From assembly GCA_951406725.2 (NCBI GenBank), contig OX597814.1, positions 98,208,001 to 98,272,000 of the forward strand: a DNA stretch of 64,000 nt. The letters are read 5' to 3'. A program made the translations under genes and the position numbers. Positions 43,219 through 54,618 of the stretch are shown piece by piece; within the stretch, counting starts at the first letter, position 1; every line of letters starts with the position of its first letter. The stretch is from Octopus vulgaris. Taxonomy: Eukaryota. The notes under the pieces were generated by a model, which ran no database searches, was not told the DNA's origin, and saw nothing but the letters and a program-made list of their open reading frames with translations.

Positions 43219-43288
<70 letters not shown>

Positions 43289-43500
43289 GATAAAAATAAT
43301 GGACACAGATGTGTTTGACTTGATTTTGTGGAATTCTCATTATGCTCCTGGACTCCAACCTACCATGGTTTTTATGAAATGAACTTTTTTGACATATTTT
43401 TAATTGAGGGGAGTAAAAAAAATTTTTTTGCCGATTGATATTTTATTTAGGTTTTTAGTCACATGACTCACTTTAGAATTTTTAGTCGATTGTAGATACC

Positions 43501-43732
43501 TATTTCTTTACTACCCACAAGGGGCTATACACAGAGGGGACAAACAAGGACAGACAAACGGATTAAGTCGATTACATCGACACCAGTGCGTACCTGGTAC
43601 TTAATTTATCGACCCCGAAAGGATGAAAGGCAAAGTCGACCTTGGCAGAATTGGAACTCAGAACGTAACGGCAGACGAAATACGGCTACGCATTTCGCCC
43701 GGCGTGCTAACGATTCTGCCAGCTCACCGCCT
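43501..43732 (-). mobile_element. SINE family B, full length with TSD
   Basis: Flanked by AGTCGATTGTA(G/T)ATACCT on both sides. Tail GCCCCTTGTGGGTAGTAAAGAAAT. Confidence 0.88.
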
Positions 43733-43993
43733 TTCAGTCGATTGTATATACCTTCTTGATAAGCCGTTCTATATATTTGCATTTTTATTTGCATATATAT
43801 CTTTTAGCTTCCGTAGCTTTTATATATGTATACTTTTCATATGTTAAAGATGTTGATAATAACTATGTATGATCAAATGTATAGAAGTGTGGTGTTATAT
43901 AAAGTCGTTGACTAAAATTTGATGTGTGTTCTCTAATCAATGTGATATATATATAAATAAAAGAAAAGTTTTTAAAGAAAAGTTTTTAAAAGA

Positions 43994-44112
43994 ATATTTG
44001 CATAGTGTTCAAATACAAGCGGCATGACCTCGAACCCACAAGAGTAAACAAGAGAGACAGAGACAGGCAGAAACAAGGAAAATGCCACTTGTATTTGAAC
44101 ACTATGCAAATA
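43994..44112. repeat. Inverted repeat with ~31-bp arms
   Basis: TATTTGCATAGTGTTCAAATACAAGCGGCAT / ATGCCACTTGTATTTGAACACTATGCAAATA. Confidence 0.85.
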
Positions 44113-44167
44113 TAAAAAAACAACTTTTCTTTTAATTTTTCCAAAATTTTATTGTTTTCCATACTTA

Positions 44168-44203
44168 CAGTTGAAAAAGTTTCAGTGACTGAAACCGATA
44201 CTG
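44168..44203 (+). ncRNA. Hammerhead-like motif with U3:A8 variant core
   Basis: CAG TTGAAAA AGTT-tcagt-GACT GAAA CCGA TA CTG. Stem I is CAG/CTG. Confidence 0.6.
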
Positions 44204-44740
44204 AAATGTTTTTTTCTAAAATTATTTTAGCATTTTCTTTCTTGACTTTTTTTCCATATATATATATATATATATTATATTATTACTTGATTGAACACCA
44301 CGCATCCATTTCCAAGTACGTTTATATATATACATTGAGAGAGGGGGAGAGAGAAAAAGAGAGAGATGGTTAACGGCGGTGCCTCAGCATGGCCGCAGTC
44401 CTTAGACTGAAACTAATGTGTCTGTGTGTGTGTGACACATTTCAGTATGTGTCTATGTATGCATATATTTATGTGTGTGTTCGTGCCTTTGTCTGTTTCC
44501 CCCCTCCACCGCACTTGATTACCGGTGTTAGTTTGTTTACGTCCCCATTACTTAGTGGTTTATTAAAAGAAGGGATAGAATAAATATCAAATGAATAAAG
44601 AAAAGAGGTACTGGGGTTGATTTGATCGACTAAACCTGTCAAAATAGTGTCCCATTAATAATGTGTGTGTGTGACTGCGTGTGTACCGTTGGCGATTTTT
44701 TTCCTCCGTCTTCCCTTCTCTGGATCTTTCCTTTTCCTAC

Positions 44741-44775
44741 GTTTCTGACGAAGAGCTCCGCTCGAAACGTTAAAC
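44741..44775 (+). ncRNA. Minimal type I hammerhead motif
   Basis: Identical 35-nt motif to 22367-22401. Confidence 0.8.
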
Positions 44776-44815
44776 CCTCCTTCTTTCCTTCCTTCGTGAG
44801 CGTCCAATAATACTA

Positions 44816-46843
44816 GTTAGTTAGTTAGTTAATTTGGCTCAAAAGCAAATAGCAAGGCCATGTAGGGGGACATGGAGTTAAGTACAGGGTGGTGTTCATG
44901 TAAAGAGTTCAGGCCACTTGAGGTCCAGGGAGGCTTTGAACAAAGCGGTCGTCGGCATCTTCACCATCTCGTCTGGCAGCTTGTTCCACGGATCCGCAAC
45001 CCGGACGGAGAAAGCTCCTCTCCTTCGATTGAGATGAAATCGTCGCAGGTAGAGCTTTTCGGAATGACCCCGCAGCCGACGCTCTGGAGCAGGAGTGAAG
45101 AACAGCTCTTTCGAGAGGTTACACTTTCCGCTTATGATGTTGTGGGCGAGAATGAGATCACCACGGCGGCGGCGTTTTTCAAGAGAATAAAGGTCGAGCG
45201 TCCTCAGCCTTTCTTCGTAGGACAAATTTTTGAGACCATGAACCATGCAGGTAGCCAGCTTCTGAACTCTTTCGAGATGCTGTATGTCTTTGAGGAGATA
45301 AGGAGAAGAGGCTTGAATCCCATACTCCAATATGGGTCTCACCAGCGTGACATAGAGTGGTAGGAATATGGCTGCTGTGAGCATTCCGAATGACCGTCGA
45401 ATCAAGAACAGAGTTCCGCGTGCTTTGTTGGCAGCATGGACGCACTGGGCCGAAGGCGAAAAGGAGGAATCCACCAAGATACCCAGGTCCTTTACCTGAT
45501 CGGTCCTCTCCAGCAGCAGACGACCCGGATCGAAATCAAGTTGATTTGCAGGAGTAGAGCCGACAGGCAGATGACAGCACTTTGACACGTTCAGACACAG
45601 GTCCCAATCGTTAGACCACTTCCAAATTTGGTGGAGGCATCGACGAAGATCCTCTATATTACCGCGAGGAGCGACCAGTTTGATATTGTCGGCAAATAGA
45701 AGGGTGTGTTGCGTGAGGTCGTCGGGCAAGTCATTTATGAAGACTAAGAACAACAAGGGCCCAAGCATTGAACCTTGAGGCACGCCACTGCTCGCACTGG
45801 AGACGTCGGACCTCGAACCATTAACTTGGACTTGGAAGGAGCGATCTGAGAGGAAGGCACCAACCCATCGTATAATATCCGGATGGAAACTATATGCTTG
45901 AAGCTTGACAAGTAATAGGCGGTGGTTTACCGAGTCAAAAGCTTTGGCAAAGTCCAATAAAACGATGTCAACAGCATCACTATCATCGAGGATGCGCGTC
46001 ACCAATTCTTCCATTACTAGTAAGTTGGTCAAGCATGATCTCTTCGGCACGAAGCCGTGTTGGGAATCAGAGATAGAGGCTGTGTTTAGGAGGTGGAGCA
46101 TCATACTTTTCTTAAGGATGGTTTTGAACATCTTGCTGATTATTGATGTAAGGGAAACCGGTCGGTAGTTAAGCGGGTCTTCGCGGCTCCCTTTCTTGAA
46201 AATTGGGCAGATTATCGCTGTTCTCCAGTCTGCAGGTATAACACCCGTCGCCAATGACATATTGAATAGTCGTGTTAAGGGCTCGCAGATGACCGGAGCC
46301 AACGTTTTGATAACCCGTGGGTGTATGCCGTCAGGGCCGTGACCCTTGTTGACATCGAGGCCTTGAATAACACATTTGACTTCGTCCCGCGTGATGACCA
46401 ATCGAAGCATTGGAGATACCGATCTATCAAATGGAGGGGGTTCACGACCATCATCTTGCTTGAAAATAGTTGAAAAAGCCTCGGCAAATAATTGACTCTG
46501 TTGATAAGGGTCCTCAATCGATACGCCTGTTGAGTCTACCAACGTTGCAATCTGGTTGTTCAAGCGGGAATTCCGCTGGACATGGGCAAAGAAGGTTTTT
46601 GGATTGCTACTGGCATTTGCCGCAATTTTGTATTCATAACTGAAGCGTTCTTTCTTTTCAATTTTCACGGCTCGGTCTCGTTGAGTTTTGTACACCTCAA
46701 AAGCTGCAGTCGAATCCAGATTTTTGAATTCAGCCCAAGCAATATCTCTGAGTCGACGTTCTCGTTTAACCTTCTTCGTCACCCAGGGCTTGTGTTTCTT
46801 CTTCTTGGGAAGCCCAACAGGAACTGCCTGGTCAGTCAAACAG
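44816..46843 (-). mobile_element. CR1/L2-like LINE, 5'-truncated, with open RT frame and (CTAA)n tail
   Basis: GPDGIHP, NYRPVSLTS, LDFAKAFDSV, SGVPQGS and FADN (catalytic D to N). Stop at 44896 and short 3' UTR ending in AACT repeats. Confidence 0.92.
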
Positions 46844-46923
46844 GTTCCACGTCCTCGCGTTGTTGTGTTTTCTCTTTGTATTTTCATGTTTGGATTAACT
46901 ACATACATACATACATACATACA

Positions 46924-46955
<32 letters not shown>

Positions 46956-47027
46956 GAGAGAGAGCGCGAGGGAGGTGGGGAGAGAGAGATCAAAGACAGA
47001 GAATGTAATTTACAACATTCTTCATCC

Positions 47028-47139
47028 AAATCCACAACAATTGTTTCGACTCCTCCTGCACCTGTACCACATAGGTCAGATGCTGCCCAATCAATTCTCT
47101 TGCATCACAGGTGCATGTTACGCCTCTTCCGATAAATTT
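47028..47139 (-). ncRNA. Long-stem-II hammerhead, mutated duplicate
   Basis: Mirror copy of 49535-49646 with core CGGAAGA. Confidence 0.6.
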
Positions 47140-47477
47140 TTAAATAACTATCTCGTTTTCACCTCCTCGTCACTCAATAACAATACGTATCTAGGTCGCT
47201 GCTACATTCTAGGTACTCTCATAAAAGAAGTCACACTTCTCGTCAAAAACCAATAAAATAAAATACACCGATTAAAAGATATTGATATATAAAACTATGA
47301 AAACATAAAACATACAATAAAAGTAATAGCACAATACAGATAGAGCTTTACATGTTATAAAAAAAAACCTGTGGGCGAGTTTTACACAGCAACCGAGAAG
47401 ACTTGTATGGATGTATGCATATTTATTTATATGTGTGTGTGTGTCTGTATGTAAATATGTATATATATGTATGTGTA

Positions 47478-47530
<53 letters not shown>

Positions 47531-48054
47531 GTGTATGTATGTATAGTCAAGGATAAAATCTTTACAAGATTTTATCAAGTAGCCAGCATGTAATAAAACC
47601 ATATAGGTAACAATTAATACAAAATATATAATTATATAAATATAACGATAATAAGGGCACAAATGAGTAGCACCACATTCTAGAAATAGACGCCAAATGG
47701 CTCTAAGAACTACATTACCAAATTGGCACGAGGGAAGTGAACAGCGAGGGAAGTGAACAAAAAGATTTTTTTATTTATATGTGTGTGTGTGTGTGTGTGC
47801 AAGGCAAAGGAGAAAAGCGACTGCATATATACCACCTGAACTGACCTGTAATCCTCATACTTGCAGGATCTGTGAACATTTTTGCAAATCGTTGGCGAGA
47901 CTTAAATGTCACATTTGACCCAAGCATTACCGGTGAGTCGATTTAGATTCTTTCATCTTCCCTTGATGTACCCCTTCGTATTTACCAATACGCTTTTCTA
48001 ATACTGTTGTATTACGATAGCATAGGTTTACGTGTACGTCTCATATATATTTAT

Positions 48055-48380
48055 AAAACTGGCACTTCGTCGGTACAACGACGATGGTTCCATTTGATCT
48101 GATCAACGGAACAGCCTGTTCGTGAAATTAACGTACAAGTGGTTGAGCACTCCACGTATACGCGTACATTTAATGTAGTTCTCAGGGAGATTCAGCGCGA
48201 CAGAGAATGTAACAAGGCCGGCCCTTTGAGTTACATGTACTATTCATTCTTGTCAGGTGAGTGGACTGAAGCAACGTGAAATCAAGTATCTTGCTCAAGA
48301 ACACAACGCACTGTCGGGTATCAAATCTCACTACCTTACGATCGTGAATCAAATACCTCCTAAACGCTAAGCTATGCGCC

Positions 48381-48383
<3 letters not shown>
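48055..48383 (-). mobile_element. tRNA-derived SINE family C
   Basis: Head GAAGGCGCATAGCTTAG and core GTG.TCTTGAGCAAGA.ACTT..CAGTCCACTCA. Related copy at ~61080-61345. Confidence 0.7.
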
Positions 48384-48457
<74 letters not shown>

Positions 48458-48578
48458 GCACACACACAGACGCACACACACAGACGCACACACACAGACG
48501 CACACACACAGACGCACACACACACAGACGCACACATACACGCAAACACACACGTACACACGTACACTCACATGTGTT

Positions 48579-48632
<54 letters not shown>

Positions 48633-48640
48633 TATCCTTA

Positions 48641-49053
48641 TAAGGGCACTAATGTGTAGAGCAACATGCCAGAAATAGACGCCAAATGTCTCTAAGAACT
48701 ACATTATTTACCACATTGGTACGGTATAAAAGCGAGGGAAGTGAACAAAAAAGATTTTTTAAAAAGGGTTTAACCATAGACCGATTTCTAGTTTCGGGAT
48801 GCAATATGCACTTGTGGATACGAGTCATATGGGTATGCATAAATGTTTATAATTATGTGCAATGAGTTGTACCATACTGATATGGGTAAAGGGAGTTACT
48901 TCCCTAAACTAGAAATCGATCTCAGGTTAAACCCTTTAAAAAAATCTTTTTGTTCACTTCCCTCGCTGTCAGCCCGTGCCAATTTGGTAATGTAGTTCTT
49001 AGAACCATTTGGCGTCTATTTCTAGAATGTGGTGCTACTCATTTGTGCCCTTA
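48641..49053. mobile_element. MITE with ~160-bp TIRs
   Basis: TAAGGGCAC..GTTTCGGGA (48641-48799) is the imperfect reverse complement of TCCCTAAAC..GTGCCCTTA (48901-49053). Confidence 0.8.
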
Positions 49054-49534
49054 TTATCGTTATATTTATATAATTATATATCTTGTATTAATTGTTACCT
49101 ATATGGTTTTATTACATGCTGGCTACTTGATAAAATCTTTACAAGATTTTATCCTTGAACATACATATATACACGTATATATATATATGCACAAACACAT
49201 ACATATATATACATATTTACATAAAGAAACACACACACACACACATAAATAAATATGCATACATCCATACAAGACTTCTCGGTTGCTGTGTAAAACTCGC
49301 CCACAGGTTTTTTTTATAACATGTAAAGCTCTATCTGTATTGTGCTATTACTTTTATTGTATGTTTTATGTGTTCATAGTTTTATATATCAAAATCTTTT
49401 TATCGGTGTATTTCATTTTATTGGTTTTTGACGAGAAGTGTGACTTCTTTTATGAGAGTACCTAGAATGTAGCAGCGACCTAGATACGTATTGTTATTGA
49501 GTGACGAGGAGATGAAAACGAGATAGTTATTTAA

Positions 49535-49646
49535 AAATTTATCTGAAGAGGCGTAACATGCACCTGTGATGCAAGAGAATTGATTGGGCAGCATCTGACC
49601 TATGTGGTACAGGTGCAGGAGGAGTCGAAACAATTGTTGTGGATTT
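49535..49646 (+). ncRNA. Type I hammerhead motif with long stem II
   Basis: AAATTTAT CTGAAGA GGC..TGCACCTGT..ACAGGTGCA..GTC GAAA CAATTG TT GTGGATTT. Palindromic stem III ACAATTGT; stem I relies on GU wobbles. Confidence 0.75.
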
Positions 49647-50519
49647 GGATGAAGAATGCTGTAAATTTCATTCCCTGTTTCTGATCTCTCTCTCTCTCTC
49701 CCCACCTCTCTCTATATGTATGCATGTATGTATGTATGTATGTATGTATGTATGTATGTATGTATGTATGTATGTATGTATGTATGTATGTATGTATGTA
49801 TTTATGTATGTATGTATACACACACACATATAAGATAAGCGTACAGTTTGGAGTCTGTGTGACATCTGTGCACAGAATTATTCATGGGATACCATTTTGA
49901 CAGGTTTAGTCGATCAAATCAACCCCAGCACCTCTTTTCTTTATTCATTTGATACTTATTCTATCCCTTCTTTTAATAAACCACTAAGTTATGGGGACGT
50001 AAACAAACTAACACCGGTAATCAAGTGCGGTGGAGGGGCAAACATACAATGGCACGAACACACACACATACATATATGCATACATAGACACATACTGGAA
50101 TGTGTCACACACACACAGACACATTAGTTTCAGTCTAAGGTCTGCGGCCATGCTGAGGCACCGCCGTTAACTCTCTCTCTCTTATCCTCTCTCTATGTAT
50201 ATATATAAACGTACTTGGAAATGGATGCGTGGTGTTCAATCAAGTAATAATATAATATAATATATATATATATACAAGATTAAAAAATGGAGAAATACAT
50301 CTAAATCAGTTATCAATTACCAGATAATACTCAATCACATACTTTATTAAACCACCACATAAGAGACTGTAGGGTTAAATATAAAAAGCAGAACAAATCA
50401 GTGTACAGAAAGGAATGTACATAAAAAAGTGTACATAAAAGAGTAATGTTGTATAATAAGTAGAATATATATAAAAGAGAATATAAATATGAGTAAATAT
50501 AAATATAAGTATAGATTAC

Positions 50520-50646
50520 ATCTTACAGCTGTTTCGGCCATGTCGATATGTATGTCTCATTTTACCAATATTAGCCCTTTATGGTTGGTCAAAATATAGA
50601 TATAAATGAGACATTCACAAAAATATCATAAAGCCTCTTCGGAGAT
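50520..50646 (-). ncRNA. Type I hammerhead motif with ~100-nt stem II (U4C)
   Basis: ATCT CCGAAGA GGC..ATGTCTCATTT..AAATGAGACAT..GCC GAAA CAGCTG TA AGAT. Confidence 0.7.
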
Positions 50647-51094
50647 TATGTAGACTGAGTTATATTACATAATTTATGGAGGGTGAAAGTTGAGGACAAA
50701 TACAGGACAGTGGAGACATACAAGGAAACCCAAAGAAAACAATTATGGAGGGTCGTTAGACCAGAACGAAGATAAAATAGCGAACGCAAGAGAAATATTT
50801 TCTTTGATAAGAGAAAAGATACGGAGAGAGATTGGATACGCCCAGTCCTGAAAGGAAAGAAAGATGATCAGGTGAGCAACGAAAGATGATTAGGTGTGAG
50901 CAACGAGAGAGAGAGAAAAGGAGAAAGAGGGAGAGAGACAGATAGAAAACGGTGAAGGGGGAAAAAGGGAATTAGAGAAAAGGGTAAGAGAGAAAGCGAT
51001 GGGGGAGAAAACATTATAGAGTAGAATCGCATGAAAAAGTTTAAGATAAACTTATTTGGAAATGGATGCATAGCGTTCAATAAAATAATAATAA

Positions 51095-51128
<34 letters not shown>

Positions 51129-51219
51129 CCACCTGTGGGCAATAAAGAAATATGTATACACACACACACACACACATACATACATACATATATATATATA
51201 TATGTATGTATATATACAT

Positions 51220-51452
51220 ATTTCTTTATTGCTCACAGGGAGCTAAACATAGAGGGGACAAACAAGGACAGACAAAGGGATTAAGTCGATTATATCGACC
51301 CCAGTGCGTAACCGGTACTTAATTTATCGATCCCGAAAGGATGAAAGGTAAAGTCGACCTCGGTGGAATTTGAACTCAGAACGTAACGGCAGACGAAATA
51401 TCGCTAAGCATTTCACCCAGCGAGCTAACGATTCTTTCAGTACGCCGCCCTA
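51220..51452 (-). mobile_element. SINE family B
   Basis: Homologous to 43501-43732. Confidence 0.85.
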
Positions 51453-51467
51453 TACATGTATACCATA

Positions 51468-51611
51468 GGCACAGATGTGGCTGTGTGGTTAGAAGATTGC
51501 TTCCCAACCACATGTTTACGTGTTCAGTCCCACTCCGTGGCACCATGAGCAACTTTCTATAACCTCGAGTCTTGCGTGTGGATTTGTGAGATTGAAATTG
51601 GCAGAAGACTG

Positions 51612-51664
<53 letters not shown>

Positions 51665-51679
51665 CATACATACATACAT

Positions 51680-51714
<35 letters not shown>

Positions 51715-51964
51715 TAAATATATATATATGTGCATATATATATGCGTATGTGCGTGTATGTGCGTGTCTTTCTATCTCTGTTCCCTTCCACCACTGATGT
51801 TGGTCTGTTTACGTCCCTGTAATTTAACGGTTCGGCAAAAGAGACCGATAGAATAACTACTAGGCTTACAAAGAATTGGTCTTGGAGTCGATTTCTTCGA
51901 CTAAAAACCCTTTAAGGAGGTGCTCCAGCATGGCCACAATTATGTGAAATAAGTAAAAGAATAA

Positions 51965-51997
<33 letters not shown>

Positions 51998-52422
51998 TAT
52001 TTGTATCTCTTTCTCTCTTTTTACTTGTTTCAGTCATTTTGACTGCGGCCATGCTGGAGCACCGCCTTTAATCGAGCAACTCGACCCCGGGACTTATTCT
52101 TTGTGCGCCCAGTACTTATTCTATCGGTCTTCGGTCTCTTTTGCCGAACCGCTAAGTGACGGGGACATAAACACACCAGCATCGGTTGTCAAGCAATGCT
52201 AGAGGGACAAACACAGACACACAAAAACACACACGCATATATATATATATACATATATACGACGGGCTTCTTTCAGTTTCCGTCTACCAAATCCACTCAC
52301 AAGGCTTTGGTCGGCCCGAGGCTATAGTAGAAGACACTTGCCGAAGGTGCCACGCAGTGGGACTGGACCCGGAACCATGTGGCTGGTAAACAAGCTATTT
52401 ACCACACAGCCACTCCTGCGCC
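51468..52422. mobile_element. Two SINE family A copies, tail to tail (51468-51962 +, 52010-52422 -)
   Basis: Head, internal microsatellite and tail are recognisable in both. Confidence 0.85.
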
Positions 52423-52507
<85 letters not shown>

Positions 52508-53231
52508 TATTATTATTATTATTATCGATCTACTGAAAGGCAAAGCCAATCTCGGCGGAGTTTGAGCTCAGAGCATAAAAGACGGACGAAATGCCTCCAA
52601 GCATTTCATTCAGCGTGCTAACGACACTGCCAGCTCTCCGCCTTCGTCTCCTTACCCATATTGATAACAGTAATAAGATTTTAGTTTAATTCATAATTAT
52701 TCATGCTATTCAAGAGATTCTTCGTAATTTCAGTATTTCCTAAAAGCTCATATTGAACAAAAGATACATTGTGTTCTTGATACATTTTTCTATCGCTTGT
52801 CTTCGTAGCAAAAACAATTTGACAATTGATGCGTGTTATTTTGATGTGTTATCGGTAATGAAATCTGAACCTTATGTCTATGCGCGGTTAAAACCTTGCG
52901 TATTTTTATGTATTTTTGTGTTTTCTACGCTTCTAAATATTTTAGGCACGTACTTTTGCTTACTTGTACTTATATGTTAATATTGCTGTTATTGTTATTC
53001 TTGCTCTTCATCTATCTTTAAGTTAGCTATCAATGAATTGGTGTAAGCTTGATGGTATTCTAGCCATTAGCGTCGGCATGTCTGCGATGTGGTGATGTTT
53101 TTGCTGCAGCCAGGTGGCCTGAGTTCGTACCCAGTGCAAGGAACCTTGTTCAAGTGTATTTTATTCTAACCTCGCCCCGTGTTGATCAATGCATTATGTG
53201 GAGAATTTGGTAAACGGTATAGCCAGTCATA

Positions 53232-53465
53232 AGGCGGCGAGCTGGCAGAAACGTTAGCACGTCGGGTGAAATGCTTAGCAGTATTTCGTCTGTCGTTACG
53301 TTCTGAGTTCAAATTCCGCCGAGGTCGAATTTGCCTTTCATCCTTTCGAGGTCGATAAATTAAGTACCAGTTACGCACTGGAGTTGATGTAGTCGACTTA
53401 ATCTGTTTGCCTGTCCTTGTTCGTCCCCTCTGTGTTTAGCCCCTTGTGGGTAGTAAAGAAATAGG
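53232..53465 (+). mobile_element. SINE family B, full length
   Basis: Imperfect TSD GGTATA(G/A)CC(A/C)GTCAT. Confidence 0.88.
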
Positions 53466-54289
53466 TATAACCCGTCATGAGAGAGAGAGAGAGAGAGAAA
53501 GAGTGTGTGTGTGCGTGCGCGCGCGCGCGCTTAATGTGACAATGTTTGCGTTTATGCTTTTCATACAACACTGTAGTTACAAGAATATGCAAAAACAACA
53601 AATCGCTGTAGTGGTAATGGTAGTTAAATAAATCAATACAATACAAATCAATAAATAATTACCAGTACCAAAATCCCTATAATTGGCTAAAGGCCCATGG
53701 AGGCAGTTCCCTCCTAGCATGTCCGAAGCCAGTAAAACTAACCAAAATATTCTACTAATTTCTCTATCTGGTACTACATTGTCCACCATTCTCTACGTTA
53801 ATCTAACGTCGTTAAGCAAGACTGTTGTACAAATAATAATTTCAAATTAATAAGGCTCTGTAGAAGAGTTTATCCATCCAAGCGGCTACATAATTTAGGT
53901 CGCCAAAGCTATCGTCTTCAAAGGTTAAGTTTTAAAGTGTCTCAGAGACGTCGGATAACAAGTAAATATGAAGCTTTAGATAAAGTGGTAAAGGTTGCGA
54001 AGGTGAAAAATTTGTGTTCATTTCGATTAACCCTCAACTATCTGGGTGATCAGTATTCGTCAATTAGTACTTCAAGTATGAAGTGCAGTCTACAAAAAAA
54101 ACAAAACAAAACAAAAAAACAAACAAACAAAAACCTCCAAAGAAAAACAAGCTACATTCCATAAAATAGTTATGTTTAGAATTTAGGGCTCTTTTATGAG
54201 GTAAGTTACATGACCCCCACTAGTTTAATTTGTATGCGTGTGTTTGTGAGTGTGTGTGTTTATGTGTGTGTGAGTGGGTATGTGTGAGT

Positions 54290-54356
<67 letters not shown>

Positions 54357-54468
54357 TAGAGAGAGAGAGAGCAAAAGCGCTTGTGTGCACGCGTATATTT
54401 CTTATTTTCAAAGATAGAGGAATTTCTTTTTCTGTGTATGAATGTATGTATGTATGCATGTATGTATG

Positions 54469-54532
<64 letters not shown>

Positions 54533-54545
54533 GTCTGCCTGTCTA

Positions 54546-54590
<45 letters not shown>

Positions 54591-54618
54591 ATGATTGCTA
54601 TTTGTCTGTCTGTCTATC

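Larger units (their letters stand above)
44258..50272. repeat. Large inverted duplication with ~1.3 kb arms
   Basis: 44258-44662 is the reverse complement of 49877-50272, and 46900-47770 of 48940-49830. Confidence 0.9.

Noticed and set aside
44872-45363. 163-aa + strand ORF (similar ORF at 16086-16550)
   Set aside because: Antisense shadow of the CR1/L2-like RT frame.
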